Shown: in pieces, positions 51,950 through 64,000 of the stretch
Layout of the letters: every line of letters starts with the position of its first letter
How positions within the stretch are numbered: the first letter of the stretch is position 1
Source: Octopus vulgaris
Lineage: Eukaryota
Reading direction: 5' to 3'
DNA: 64,000 nucleotides
Assembly: GCA_951406725.2 (NCBI GenBank)
Contig: OX597837.1
Location: 37,882,001-37,946,000, forward strand
Notes under the pieces: generated by a model
Database searches by the model: none
What the model saw: only the letters and a program-made list of their open reading frames with translations
What the model was told of the DNA's origin: nothing
Program-made: the position numbers and the translations under genes

Positions 51950-52240
51950 CAGCCCCCCCACCATGTATGTCCCTCAAGTTTGTGCTCCATGTCTGTTGTC
52001 CGTCCTTACACCCATGTGTGAGTGTTTATATTCGTGTATGTACACTCCATGTTTTGCGCTTCATGTTTGAGGCCCGTCCATACATTTGCTCTACGCATGT
52101 ATTATTATTCCTGTATACCTTTCAAATTTATGATCCATGTCTGTTGTCCGTCTTTACACCTGTTCCCTGTGTGATTGTTATTATTCATGTATATTCTCCA
52201 TGTTATTTTATTCATGTTTGTGCTTTCTGTTTCCATGTAG
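51950..52240. repeat. Degenerate minisatellite (ccatgt..tgctcc)
   Basis: Recurring ccatgt; ccatgtctgttgtccgtc occurs twice. Confidence 0.6.
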
Positions 52241-52490
52241 CCATTTGTTGGTCGTTGATAAACGGTAAATCTAAAAATTCGTGGAATCTGCTTTAATCTG
52301 CTTATAAACTACTCATAAAAGGAGTGCGTTTGGAGTGATTAATTGGGTAATTAAGATTAACAGCTTCAGTGGCATTACAAGGACGAGAAATAAATTTCTC
52401 CCTGAAGAGGGCGCCAGTTGGTTCGCAAGTAACTTCCCTTTAACAGTTAGACAGGCTAATATTAAATTCGGTATTCGCTACCACTACCAC

Positions 52491-52534
<44 letters not shown>

Positions 52535-52573
52535 GGGGGGGAGATAAATAGGCAGACAGATATATATATATAT

Positions 52574-52790
52574 GGCAGAAACGTTAGCGCGCCGGGCCAA
52601 ATGCTTAGCGGTATTTCGTCTGCCGTTACGTTGTGAGTTCAAATTCCACCGAGGTTAACTTTGCCTTTCATCCTTTCGGGGTCGATAAATTAAGTACCAG
52701 TTACGCACTGGGGGTCTATGTAATCGACTTAATCCGTTTGTCTGTCCTTGTTTGTCCCCTCTGTGTTTAGCACTTTGTGGGTAGTAAAGA
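52574..52790 (+). mobile_element. SINE-B monomer
   Basis: Family match. Confidence 0.9.
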
Positions 52791-52816
52791 AAAAAAAATA
52801 TATATGTGTATATGTG

Positions 52817-52907
<91 letters not shown>

Positions 52908-53932
52908 ATATATATATATACAAAGGGAGAGAGAGAGAGAGAGAGAGTTGTCGGTATAGGCCAGCAGAACTTCCGAAGAGTAATAGGTTTTATTTTAGAT
53001 GTTCCAGTTTTGGGCAACCCTCTGTGCTGCTAAATCTGCCATGAAGGTGAAGAACAACTGCGTGACTAAAACGTTTGTCTTCCAAGCACGATGTTATTTA
53101 AGTCGATCTCACTACGCGGCATCTTGGATAAGTGTCTTTCTTATAGAACTTCGGGGACCAACGAAGCCCCCCCACCTCATGAAGGAAATTTCAGTAGAAT
53201 GAGGCTCATCGAAAGAAAGAAGGAAGGAAAATTGAGATCGTCCCGGTTACTATTAATCCGTCGTCTCTATAAATACCACCACCGCTAGTGCTCGATCGCA
53301 AGGTGCCTTTAGTGAAATTTACACTATTGCAGACATTTGACTTTGTTCTTTAGGACTTCCATCTTGAAAGAGATGGTGTTGTTGTTGTTTCGCCCTAGGT
53401 TAATCCAATTAGAGCAGATCTATAACCACAGGTGTTCCGTCATTTTCTTATGCGTGAAAATAAATTAAATAAACCGGCAGCACACTATGCGATATTTACT
53501 TTCCTTCTTGTTTTTTGTTAAGGCGATGGCTTATGAATAATTTGAAGATTATTTGGTTGCTATGTCTAGCAGATCGTGCTATAGGCTCCCTTTTGGGTTT
53601 GATACCGTGTTGCTGTTGAGCAGATTTTGATGAAAGGCACTTTGAACCGTGGCCATTTTGTAAATTTCTTCAGTGCAGGGAATATAAGATATCAGTAGCC
53701 ATCTTCTACATTTGTATACTAGTAGTGGGGTTCCTCCAAAGCACCTCTGCAGGCGCGTTAAATGATAGGCTGCGTATCTCGAAGATCAGAGAGTCTCTTC
53801 CGGGCTATAAGAAATGTTTTGCCGTATGAAAATTCGAGTAAGAAATTTCGTTTTAAATTACTCACTCACATTTTTTCCTTAGATATTTGACACTGAAAAA
53901 AACCCCCTGCTTATTTAACGCTTTTATAAACC

Positions 53933-54289
53933 ACTAGCAGTATCGCCCAGCGTTGCTCGGGTTTGTTTCGTCCCTTTAGAATTGGAATTTTTGAAAAGTA
54001 AAAATGTTGCATTATGTAGCTTGTTATTCTCTTTACGTGAACATTTTTCTGGTTGAAATACACCGAAAAATGGTGACACAGCAGTAAAATAAAAATCGTA
54101 AAAAATAGGGATTTTCATAGAAAAAAAGCACCTTTTTGATGTAAATAATTTTTGACCTTAATAAGCCTTCTTCTATCATACTCTCAATTTTGGTCAACTT
54201 GCGCCGCAGGGTCTCGGAGGAGAAACTGTTAGTTGAAGGCTACCAAACCTGCCATACACAGACAACTTCAGCTTTATATATAGAGAGAT
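53933..54289 (+). mobile_element. Helentron/HINE-like non-autonomous element inserted in a local tandem duplication
   Basis: 5' ACTAGCAG..gcccagcgttgctcgggt hairpin; 3' acagac..ctttatatatagagagat; flanks resemble 54455-54610. Confidence 0.65.
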
Positions 54290-54674
54290 TTTATCAACCG
54301 TTTTTCTTATTACTTTAAAAAAATACCGACATTATACACTTTATCATTGCCCATACGGCAAATTTTCTGGAATCATCTGTTACCTAAGCCCCTTGCTTGT
54401 CCAGACTTCTTGCTCTCTTCAGCTGATTATAGGTAATTTCATTGTAAACATCTTTGCCATATGAAAATTCGTCCTAAGAAATTTTGTTTTAAGTGACCTC
54501 ATCACTTATTTTTTAATGTTTGACGTTGAATAAAGACTTATTTATTTAAAAAAAAATTGTTGATAAAATATGCTTTATCGTTGTCTATACGGTGAATTTT
54601 CCGGACATGTGTCCCCAAATCGAACCCCTATTTTCTGCATTGGAAGGTCACAGATCTGGTACTACGGGCATATT

Positions 54675-54840
54675 TTATTCTTTTATTCTTTTACTTGTTT
54701 CAGTCATTTGACTGCGGCCATGCTGTAGCACCGCCTTTAGTTGAACAAATCAACGACAGGACTTATTCTTTGCAAGCCTAGTACTTATTCTATTGGTCTC
54801 TTTTGCCGAACCGCTATGTAACGAGGAGATAACCACACTT
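54675..54840 (-). mobile_element. SINE-A 3' part
   Basis: Family match. Confidence 0.85.
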
Positions 54841-54955
54841 GTCTCTCGGAGGCATCATTGCGCATTGGCCCCCATCCCTACCCTCATGGAAATTAGGTCC
54901 CACTTGCTAGATCAACTGGTTATTAGGTTTTGCTCAATATTCTTTCAGCCATTAA

Positions 54956-55545
54956 GGCGGCGAACTGGCAGAAACGTTAGCACGCTGGGCGAAATGCTTA
55001 GCGGTATTTCGGCTTCCGTTACGTTCTGAGTTCAAATTCCGTCGAGGTCGACTTTGCCTTTCATCCTTTCGGGGTCGATTAAATAAGTACCAGTTACGAA
55101 CTGGGGTCGATATAATCGACTTAATCCGTTTCTCTGTCCTTGTTTGTCCCCTCTGTGTTTAGCCCTTTGTGGGTAGTAAAGAAATAGGTATTTCGTCTGT
55201 CGTTAACTTCTGAGATCAAATTCCGCCGAGGTCGACTTTGCTTTTCATCCTTTCGGGGTCGATAAATTAAGTACCAGTTACGCACTTATGTAATCGACTT
55301 AATCCGTTTGTCCTTGTTTAGCCCCTTGTGGGCAATAAAGAAATAAGAATCGTTAGCACGCCGGGTGAAATGCTTAGCCGTATTTCGTCTGCCGCTACGT
55401 TCTGAGTTCAAATTCCGCCGTGGTCGACTTTGCCTTTCATCCTTTCGGGGTCGATAAATTAAGTACCAATTGCGTACTGGGTCGATGTAATCGACTGGCC
55501 CCCACCTCCTCCAAAATTTCGGGCGTTGTGCCTAGAGTAGAAAAG
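54956..55545 (+). mobile_element. SINE-B trimer
   Basis: Three gtcgactttgc(c/t)tttcatcctttcggggtcgat units. Confidence 0.9.
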
Positions 55546-55551
55546 AAAAGA

Positions 55552-55845
55552 ATATTCTTCTAGCCATTGTTTGTCGTCCCTTTTTAACCAATTCCAGTGG
55601 TTTGCCTTCTCCACTGTAGTCTGGGCGTCACTCATGGTGGAATTTGTTTTCCAATGAGTTGGGCCTAACGATAACAAACAGTCGCCTCACACTGTGTCTC
55701 CAACGATTCCTCTACATCCAACATCGACTGGAAATTCCCCTGCTTTCCAGCCTGCGTCTTCACATTCCTCGGGGAGGTTTTTCATAACGGTCAACGTTTC
55801 GAGCCCGAACGGCGTCCTTGTTATCGCAAGACAAATTCTTCAAGC
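55552..55845 (-). mobile_element. HERO-like RLE LINE C-terminal fragment
   Basis: ECEDAGWKAGEFPVDVGCRG..LLSLG..VEKANHWNWLKRDDKQW. Confidence 0.75.
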
Positions 55846-56410
55846 TAAAACAAGCAGCAGGAGACGGAGAGGCGGGGGTTGGGGGGGGGTAAACCAAGAA
55901 CGAAGTGGTTAGAAAATATCCGTAGTCGCAGTGGGTCACGCTTGGAAGTCCAGTCAGAGGGTGTAATAATGATTGCATGAGGCAAGATCTTGTGCCTGAG
56001 GACTCTGCCTTCACGACTTTCTCAGAAACAGTGGAAGGTGAAGTAGAAGGCTGCTATTTCTTGATGGTCAAGTGACCTCATTGGTTCCAGGTATAGTTGT
56101 TGTTGTGGTTGTGGAGTATGGATTAATAGAGTGATATTGTTGTTTCGCCCTAGGTCAGCCCGGATCAAGCAGAACAACGATCAAAAGAGTTCCAGTCATG
56201 ACCAACACGCCCTTTTAGACATACTTATCACACCAATGTGTCATTTCGATATTTAAGGTTTTTGGCTGTTATTTCTGGCAATACGAGCGTCCATGTGAAA
56301 GCACATTCAACACTCTGTCGATATCTCATAGTGGTTGCTTAAACAGTTTTCAAATCCCGTCGTTTCAGGATCGCGCCTAGTGTACCGCTACACTCGATAT
56401 GTAGTCTTCC

Positions 56411-56529
<119 letters not shown>

Positions 56530-57036
56530 TGTGTCCCCACTCTCTCTCTCTCTCTCTCTCTCACTCTCTCTCTCACTCTCTCTCTCACTCTATCAATCTC
56601 TCAGTCTGTCTATATATATGTATATGTATCTATACACACACACATATATGATATAAATACATTTATAAATATATACACACTTACAAACGTACATACATAC
56701 ATGTACATATGTATATATGTAATTATAAAGACACACGTATACACTAATATATGAGTGCTGATATGTGTGTGTGTGTGTGTGTGTATGCACATATACATGT
56801 ATATTCACACACATTGATATGTGTGTGTAGTATATTTATATACTATATATATAGTATACACACAAATATACACCGACATATATATATATATATATATATA
56901 CATACATATATATATATATTTATACATACATACCTACATACACACACACACACAAGCACACTCACAAGCACACGCACACACACACACACACATTCACACA
57001 CACATTCACACACACACACACACACATTCACACACA

Positions 57037-57113
<77 letters not shown>

Positions 57114-57600
57114 TCAATCTCTCTTGCAATCTGTATGTTGCCGGCAGTTATTCAGTACTGTTTTATTGGTTTGACTCACTGGAGAACGGCCACGCTGGAG
57201 CAGAAGATTAAAATGCTTAATTGGTAAGAGGGAACCGCAGTCTTTAGTTTTTTTTTTGATGCCAGCATTACTTTATCGATTTCTCAGGTCGGACAGCTGA
57301 GTCACGGGGGCATAAAGATAAACATTGGTTTATTAGACCGTGAAGATATTACACAGTCCCACCCCTCCGACACATACATGCATACATTATTCATACGTAG
57401 ATATATACATATATGCATACATACATTCACATACATACATACATACATATATGCAAATATCTACATACACACACACACACACACGCACATATATACACAT
57501 ATACATACAACAAATATGTATATAGATATATGTGTATATATATATAGATGGGTGTATGCATATATGCATACACATATCTTCATATGTATATATACATACA

Positions 57601-57658
<58 letters not shown>

Positions 57659-57675
57659 CATACATATATATACAT

Positions 57676-57718
<43 letters not shown>

Positions 57719-57840
57719 GTATACACACATACATATATATACATACATACATATATATATGCATGTATATATGCACTTAAAAATATATTTATAGATACAT
57801 ATACATATGTATATACCTATATATATATATATACATATAC

Positions 57841-57887
<47 letters not shown>

Positions 57888-58307
57888 CGTGTACACATAC
57901 ACACACACACACACACACACATATACATATAAACAAACACATACATATACATACACATTCACATACACAAACGCACACATATATAAATATATAGATAGAT
58001 AGCTGTCTCTGCCTATCTATACGTACGTTTATATATAGCAATGTATTCCAGTTTCCCAATAATTTCTGGAGATCAATATTCGATCTAAGAGCATCGGTGA
58101 ACCTCTCAGTGGTTGAGACGATGCATACTTAAGGCGCCATCTACAGGGATCAGATCCGGGATTACTTATTTGCTCAGGTAGATTCCTGGCAATGTATACC
58201 TATGTATATATATATATGTATGTGGCTCTGGGCGTGCATGTCAGGCCCTGTGTATAGTGACAGGTGTTTATATGTTCACATATATGTATGTATGTATACA
58301 TACATGC

Positions 58308-58384
<77 letters not shown>

Positions 58385-58551
58385 TACAACGGGCTTCTTT
58401 CAGTTTCCGTCTACCAAATCCACTCACAAGGCTTTGGTTGGCCCGAGGCTATAGTAGAAGGCACTTGCCCAAGGTGCCACGCAGTGGGACTGAACCCGGA
58501 ACCATGTGGTCGGTAAGAAAGCTACGTACCACACAGCCACTCCTGTGCCTA
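58385..58551 (-). mobile_element. SINE-A 5' half
   Basis: Family match. Confidence 0.9.
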
Positions 58552-58598
<47 letters not shown>

Positions 58599-58606
<8 letters not shown>

Positions 58607-59082
58607 AAAAACAGAACACAAATGATGTCGCGGTACACATGTTTCGAGCTTTATAAAACAACTTATTCTTACATCAATGTATAATCGACATAACAGATTG
58701 TATAAATCCCTCTTCAGCCGCATGCAATTGCTACACCAAAGACTTGTATCACATTATGAAAGGTTTGAGAAAGAACATTTGGTATTATTTCTAATGGTAG
58801 GTAAACCGAGTATCACTTAGAAAGTATGTTTGTAAATCTTCATAATCAAATAGGTGTACAGGGTATTATTAAACTCCAAAAACCCGTCCATACCGTTTTC
58901 TCACTCAATATAGACTCTATATTGTAAAATAAGTTATTTTATAAAAGCTCGAAACATGTGTACCGCGACATCCTTTGTGTCCTGTTCTTCATTTTATTTC
59001 ATTTGATACATATGTCCTCTCACCTATGCTACTAGCTGGCTTATACAGGTGCTTACATTTATCAAGTATTCACCCTGAATTT
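58599..59082. mobile_element. Inverted-repeat-plus-tail element in (TA)n (pLTR-like)
   Basis: Arms approx. 58599-58675 and 58922-59002; approx. 80-bp one-sided tail. Confidence 0.75.
58630..58721 (-). ncRNA. Type I hammerhead ribozyme, canonical core
   Basis: gcgg-CUGAAGA-gggauuuaua..uauaaagcuc-GAAA-caugug-UA-ccgc. Confidence 0.8.
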
Positions 59083-59136
59083 ATATATATATATATATAT
59101 GTACATACCCCGCTACACATATATATGTATATATAT

Positions 59137-59400
59137 ACTTTATTTAAAAGCAGCAGAAATTTAACAAAAGTTGTTACTCGGAGTTTCACGTTCCCATTCG
59201 TCGGACAGTTTTGTTAAAGTAGAACTGAGATGACAATTCGATCAAGATCTCGGTTCTATTTTAACAAAACTGTCCGACGAATGGGAGCGTGAAACTCCGA
59301 GTAACAGCTTTTGTTAAATTAAATAAAGCATATTACTCTACCTCTGGTATTTGAGTACTCTTTTTTCCATCTTGTTTCACATTTATGTGTTTACTCCGGT
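59137..59400. mobile_element. Family F element with two divergent hammerheads (59161-59217 minus, 59261-59317 plus)
   Basis: ttaacaaaactgt-CCGACGA-atg ggag cgt-GAAA-ctccgag-TA-acag(c)ttttgttaa on the plus arm, near-identical motif on the minus arm. Confidence 0.8.
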
Positions 59401-59413
59401 ATATATGTGTGTG

Positions 59414-59454
<41 letters not shown>

Positions 59455-59460
59455 ATTATT

Positions 59461-59882
59461 TGGTTGTGTGGTAAGAAGCTTGCTTACCAACCACATGCTC
59501 CCGGGTTCAGTCCCACTACGTGGCACCTTGGGCAGCTGTCTTCTGGTATAGCTTCGGGCTGACCAAAGCCTTGTGAGCAGATTTGGTAGAAGAAAACTGA
59601 AAGAAGCCCGTCGTATATATATATATATATATACAAAAACATATGTGTGTGTATATATTTGTGTGTCTGTGTTTACTGTGTTCTTCCCCCCCCCCGCAAC
59701 ATCGCTTGACAACCGATGTTGGTGCGTTTATGTCTCCGTAACTTAGCCGTTCGGCAAAAGAGCCCGATAGAATAAGTACTAGACTTACAAAGAATAAGTC
59801 CTAGGGTCGATTCGCTCGACTAAAGATAGTGCTCCAGCATGGCCGCAGCCAAATGACTGACACAAATAAAAGAATAAAAGAA
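59461..59882 (+). mobile_element. SINE-A
   Basis: Family match. Confidence 0.92.
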
Positions 59883-60021
59883 TATATATACATATATATA
59901 TATATATTTGTGTGTGTGTGTGTGTATGTTTGTGTACACAGATATAAATTTTCAGTCATTTATAAAGCATACATATACATAGACACATATATTACGAAAT
60001 AAGTGTATATACATGCATGCA

Positions 60022-60082
<61 letters not shown>

Positions 60083-60390
60083 ACATGTATGGATATTCAC
60101 ACACATATATATATACATCGATGAATATATTTAAGAGATTAAGTGGATATGTAGATTTGGCTATACACACATTTTATATAGGGCATATACATAAATATAT
60201 ACAAATACAAAGTAAGATGGGGGTTATGGGATATCATTTATCAAATATACTGTTGGTAAAGTACCCAAATTCTTAATAAATAAATGTTCTTAATTGCAAT
60301 ACAATTAATTTATTTATTGTATTAAACGGGCGAAGGTAAAGAAATATTTTTTATAATACAAATATGAAAATGGAGAAACAAATTTAGTTC

Positions 60391-60435
<45 letters not shown>

Positions 60436-60529
60436 AAGATATATATGCAATAATACGTATATAGTTACAAGCATATACAACTATGCGTAGATACATACAT
60501 ACATACATACATACATACATACATACATA

Positions 60530-60693
60530 ACACAAATTCTTGATTCCTTCACTACATATGATCACAATATCTGGCACTATAAAAATCTGCAAGACTTTCT
60601 TAAGGTTTAAAGGATGACGGACAAACAAGAGGCTTTCCTTCACAACCTAGAGGGCCGGTCGAAATTTACTCTAAACTAAAAAGAGAAAAATAA
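60530..60693 (+). mobile_element. RLE LINE 3' end inside (CATA)n
   Basis: ITISGTIKICKTFLRFKG*. Confidence 0.7.
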
Positions 60694-60720
60694 CATACAT
60701 ACATACATACATATACATAC

Positions 60721-60775
<55 letters not shown>

Positions 60776-60940
60776 GGCGCAGGAGTGGGTGTGTGGTAAG
60801 TAGCTGGCTTCCCAATCACATGGTTACGGGTTCAGTCCCACTACGTGGCACCTTGGGCAAGTTTCTTCTACTATAGCCTCGGGCCGATCAAAGCTTTGTG
60901 AGTGGATTTGGTAGTCGGAAACTGAAAGAAGCCTGTCGTA

Positions 60941-61009
<69 letters not shown>

Positions 61010-61136
61010 TTTATTTTATTTTAAGCAGCAGAAAAGAATTTTCTGCTGCTTAAAATAAAATAAAGCATATTACTCTACCACTGGTATTTGAGTACTCTTT
61101 TTTCCACCTTGTTTCACATTTATGTGTTTACCCCGG

Positions 61137-61174
<38 letters not shown>

Positions 61175-61204
61175 GATAGATAGATAGATATGTATGTATG
61201 TATG

Positions 61205-61241
<37 letters not shown>

Positions 61242-61430
61242 TTGTGTTTGTCCCCCTACTATCGCTTGACAACCGATGCTGGTGGGTTTACGTCCCCGTA
61301 ACTTAGCGGCTCGGCATAAGAGACCGATAAGAACTAGGCTTATAAAGAGCAAGTCCTGGGTCGATTTGTTCGACTAAAGGCGGTGCTCCAGCATGGCCTC
61401 AGTCAAATTACTGAAACAAGTAAAAGTATA
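60776..61430 (+). mobile_element. SINE-A split by a nested family F element (61008-61137)
   Basis: 5' half 60776-60940, 3' half 61240-61430; short palindrome plus family F tail lies in the internal (TA)n. Confidence 0.85.
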
Positions 61431-61455
61431 TAAGAATAATACATACATACATACA

Positions 61456-61489
<34 letters not shown>

Positions 61490-61849
61490 CACTCACTTAT
61501 ATGCATACTTCTAAATATAGATACATATAGAGAAAGGTGAACACGCACATACGAGTACAAAGTACATATATTCACGTATATAGAAGCACTATATGCGTAC
61601 ACATGACTTACGAAACAGTTCGAGTGGTTTTGAGTTCGATCCCAGGGCGCAGCTTCGTGGGCCAATGTAGTGACAGTGTTTGGTTAACCAAACTGTTCCC
61701 AGTGGAAACGTGGTAAATGGCTTGGGTGATCTAGGGGAGTTCATTCTCTGGCAGTAGGTCTTGGTTGCAGGGGGAAAATGGGAAGACAAATTTTCATGGG
61801 AAACAACCCCATCTCCAACACCTTTTCTCGGGATTCCAACTTCAATCGT

Positions 61850-61891
61850 CCCCCTTTCTTTCTTCCTTCCTTTCCTTCCTTCCTTCTTTTT

Positions 61892-61967
<76 letters not shown>

Positions 61968-62044
61968 TCCTTCCTTCCTTCCTTCCTTCCTTTCTTTCTT
62001 TCATTCTTTCTTTCTTTCCCCCTTTCTTTCTTCCTTCCTTTCCT

Positions 62045-62084
<40 letters not shown>

Positions 62085-62110
62085 TCGTTCTTTCTTTCGT
62101 TCTTTCTTTT
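61850..62110. repeat. (TTTC/TTCC)n polypyrimidine tract
   Basis: Direct reading. Confidence 0.95.
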
Positions 62111-62157
62111 TTATGCATGTGTATATGCGTATGTGTGCGTGTGTATATATATATATG

Positions 62158-62197
<40 letters not shown>

Positions 62198-62211
62198 CGT
62201 ATATCTATCTC

Positions 62212-62284
<73 letters not shown>

Positions 62285-62344
62285 GTATGTATGTATGTAT
62301 GTATGTATGTATGTATGTATGTATGTATGTATGTATGTATGTAT

Positions 62345-62530
62345 AGGGAGAGTTTATGAAAAAAGCAAAAGACGAAGACAGGTGGTGTACAAAACAAACA
62401 GATGTATTAGTATAACGCTCAGGAATAGAAAAAAATTCTTTTACATTTCGAGCCTACGCTCTTCTACAGAAAGCGACACAGAAAAAAAACAAATATGTGT
62501 GTGGTGGCTAACGATCTATCATGGCGATAC
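62345..62530 (-). mobile_element. Family E element with hammerhead-like motif (62438-62473)
   Basis: cttt-CTGTAGA-A-gagc gtag gctc-GAAA-tg-TA-aaag. Confidence 0.65.
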
Positions 62531-62604
<74 letters not shown>

Positions 62605-62657
62605 AAAATATAAAATAGTGTACATTTAAACAGAAGAGAAACTATAAAGTATGCATA

Positions 62658-62705
<48 letters not shown>

Positions 62706-63293
62706 TATATAATTCTACACACACATATATATATACATAAATGCATACCTATGTATATCTGTAGACGTCTGTATATATATATATATATATGTATATACAA
62801 TTTTTCATTTGTATTATATTTCATTCGTATTTCATTCCAATTTTGGCTGCGATCATCAGACAAATATCGGCCAGAACACTGCACACACGCGCACACACAC
62901 ACATACGCGCGTGCGCACACACACGTACACACACACACACACTGACAACTACTTACATATATTTAATTCAGGATTCCCCAATGCGTCATCTTTTCCTTTT
63001 TTTATTCCTCTGACTCACACCTTCTTACACACACACACACGCGCACACACACACACACTTACAAGCACACACACGCACCTTGGCACGCGCGTGCGCACAC
63101 ACAGACACACATACACACGTACGTACACACGCGCATACGCAGATACGCGCATTTCTGTACTTCTGGAAGGAGCAAACAGGGACCGGAGAGAAAGGAGAAA
63201 AGCGACCGGAGAGTAAGGTGCAAAGAGGATATGTTTGGAGAGGCTGGTGATGGCAGAAATAATAGGGAAATTAATATGCATCGCTGCATCCCA

Positions 63294-63324
<31 letters not shown>

Positions 63325-63326
63325 CA

Positions 63327-63362
<36 letters not shown>

Positions 63363-63583
63363 GTCTCCCCCTCTCTATCTGTCTATCTCTCCCTCTCTCT
63401 TTCTATCTATCTGTCTCTCCCCCTCTCTCTATCTATATATCTTTCTATCTATCAATCCACATGTGTGTATCTCTCCCCCGCACACATACATGTATATAAA
63501 TGTATTTATATAGGTATATATATATATGTACACACACATACACGCACACATATATATGAGTAAATATATGTGTGTATATATTC

Positions 63584-63629
<46 letters not shown>

Positions 63630-63701
63630 GTGTGTGTGTGTGTGTATTTGTGTTTGTGTGCGTGTAATTTCTTTTAATATTTATATATATACATACATAC
63701 A

Positions 63702-63752
<51 letters not shown>

Positions 63753-64000
63753 CTTAACTGGGACTTCGAAGTTTTGTCGATGAGGAATTTTTGAGACCAT
63801 TTCCTTCTCCGTCGATTCCTCTCGGTCGTTGATGTCTGGTTTTCATAATAATAATGCTCTCAAATTTTGGCACGATGCCAGCAATTTCGGGGGCAAGGTT
63901 CAAGTCGATTAGATGGGTCTCAGTGTCCAACTGATACTTATTTTGCTGAACCCAGTGGATTTTGAACCCAGAACACAGGGGGCCTACGAAATTTTGATAT

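Noticed and set aside
55785-55825. gctcGAAAcgtt on the minus strand resembling family E
   Set aside because: No CUGANGA, and it lies within the HERO-like coding remnant.
58131-58148. CTCF-like ccctgtagatggcgcc on the minus strand
   Set aside because: Appears to lie within a decayed SINE-A head, so probably incidental.

Overview
Eukaryotic, AT-rich, extremely microsatellite-dense non-coding DNA. The tRNA-derived SINE families and simple-repeat load are consistent with an octopus/coleoid genome (inference). I find no intact host gene. Nearly all ORFs in the track are translations of (TA)n, (CA)n, (TATG)n, (TAA)n or (TCTA)n. The rest is transposon debris: four SINE families (called SINE-A to D here), 3' fragments of R4/Dong-like and HERO-like restriction-endonuclease LINEs, CR1, RTE and Tx1 fragments, a Penelope RT remnant, and hAT, Tc1/mariner, pogo and Helentron-like pieces. 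The most striking signal is a set of about a dozen type I hammerhead-ribozyme motifs from about seven unrelated sequence families. They sit in short elements, often palindrome-plus-tail, inserted in or beside microsatellites. One lies next to a Penelope RT remnant in inverted orientation, so these are probably Penelope pseudo-LTR derivatives. Two families share non-canonical catalytic cores across copies, and three diverged elements share a covarying four-hairpin RNA module. All structures and translations were worked out by eye; no activity or database match has been tested.
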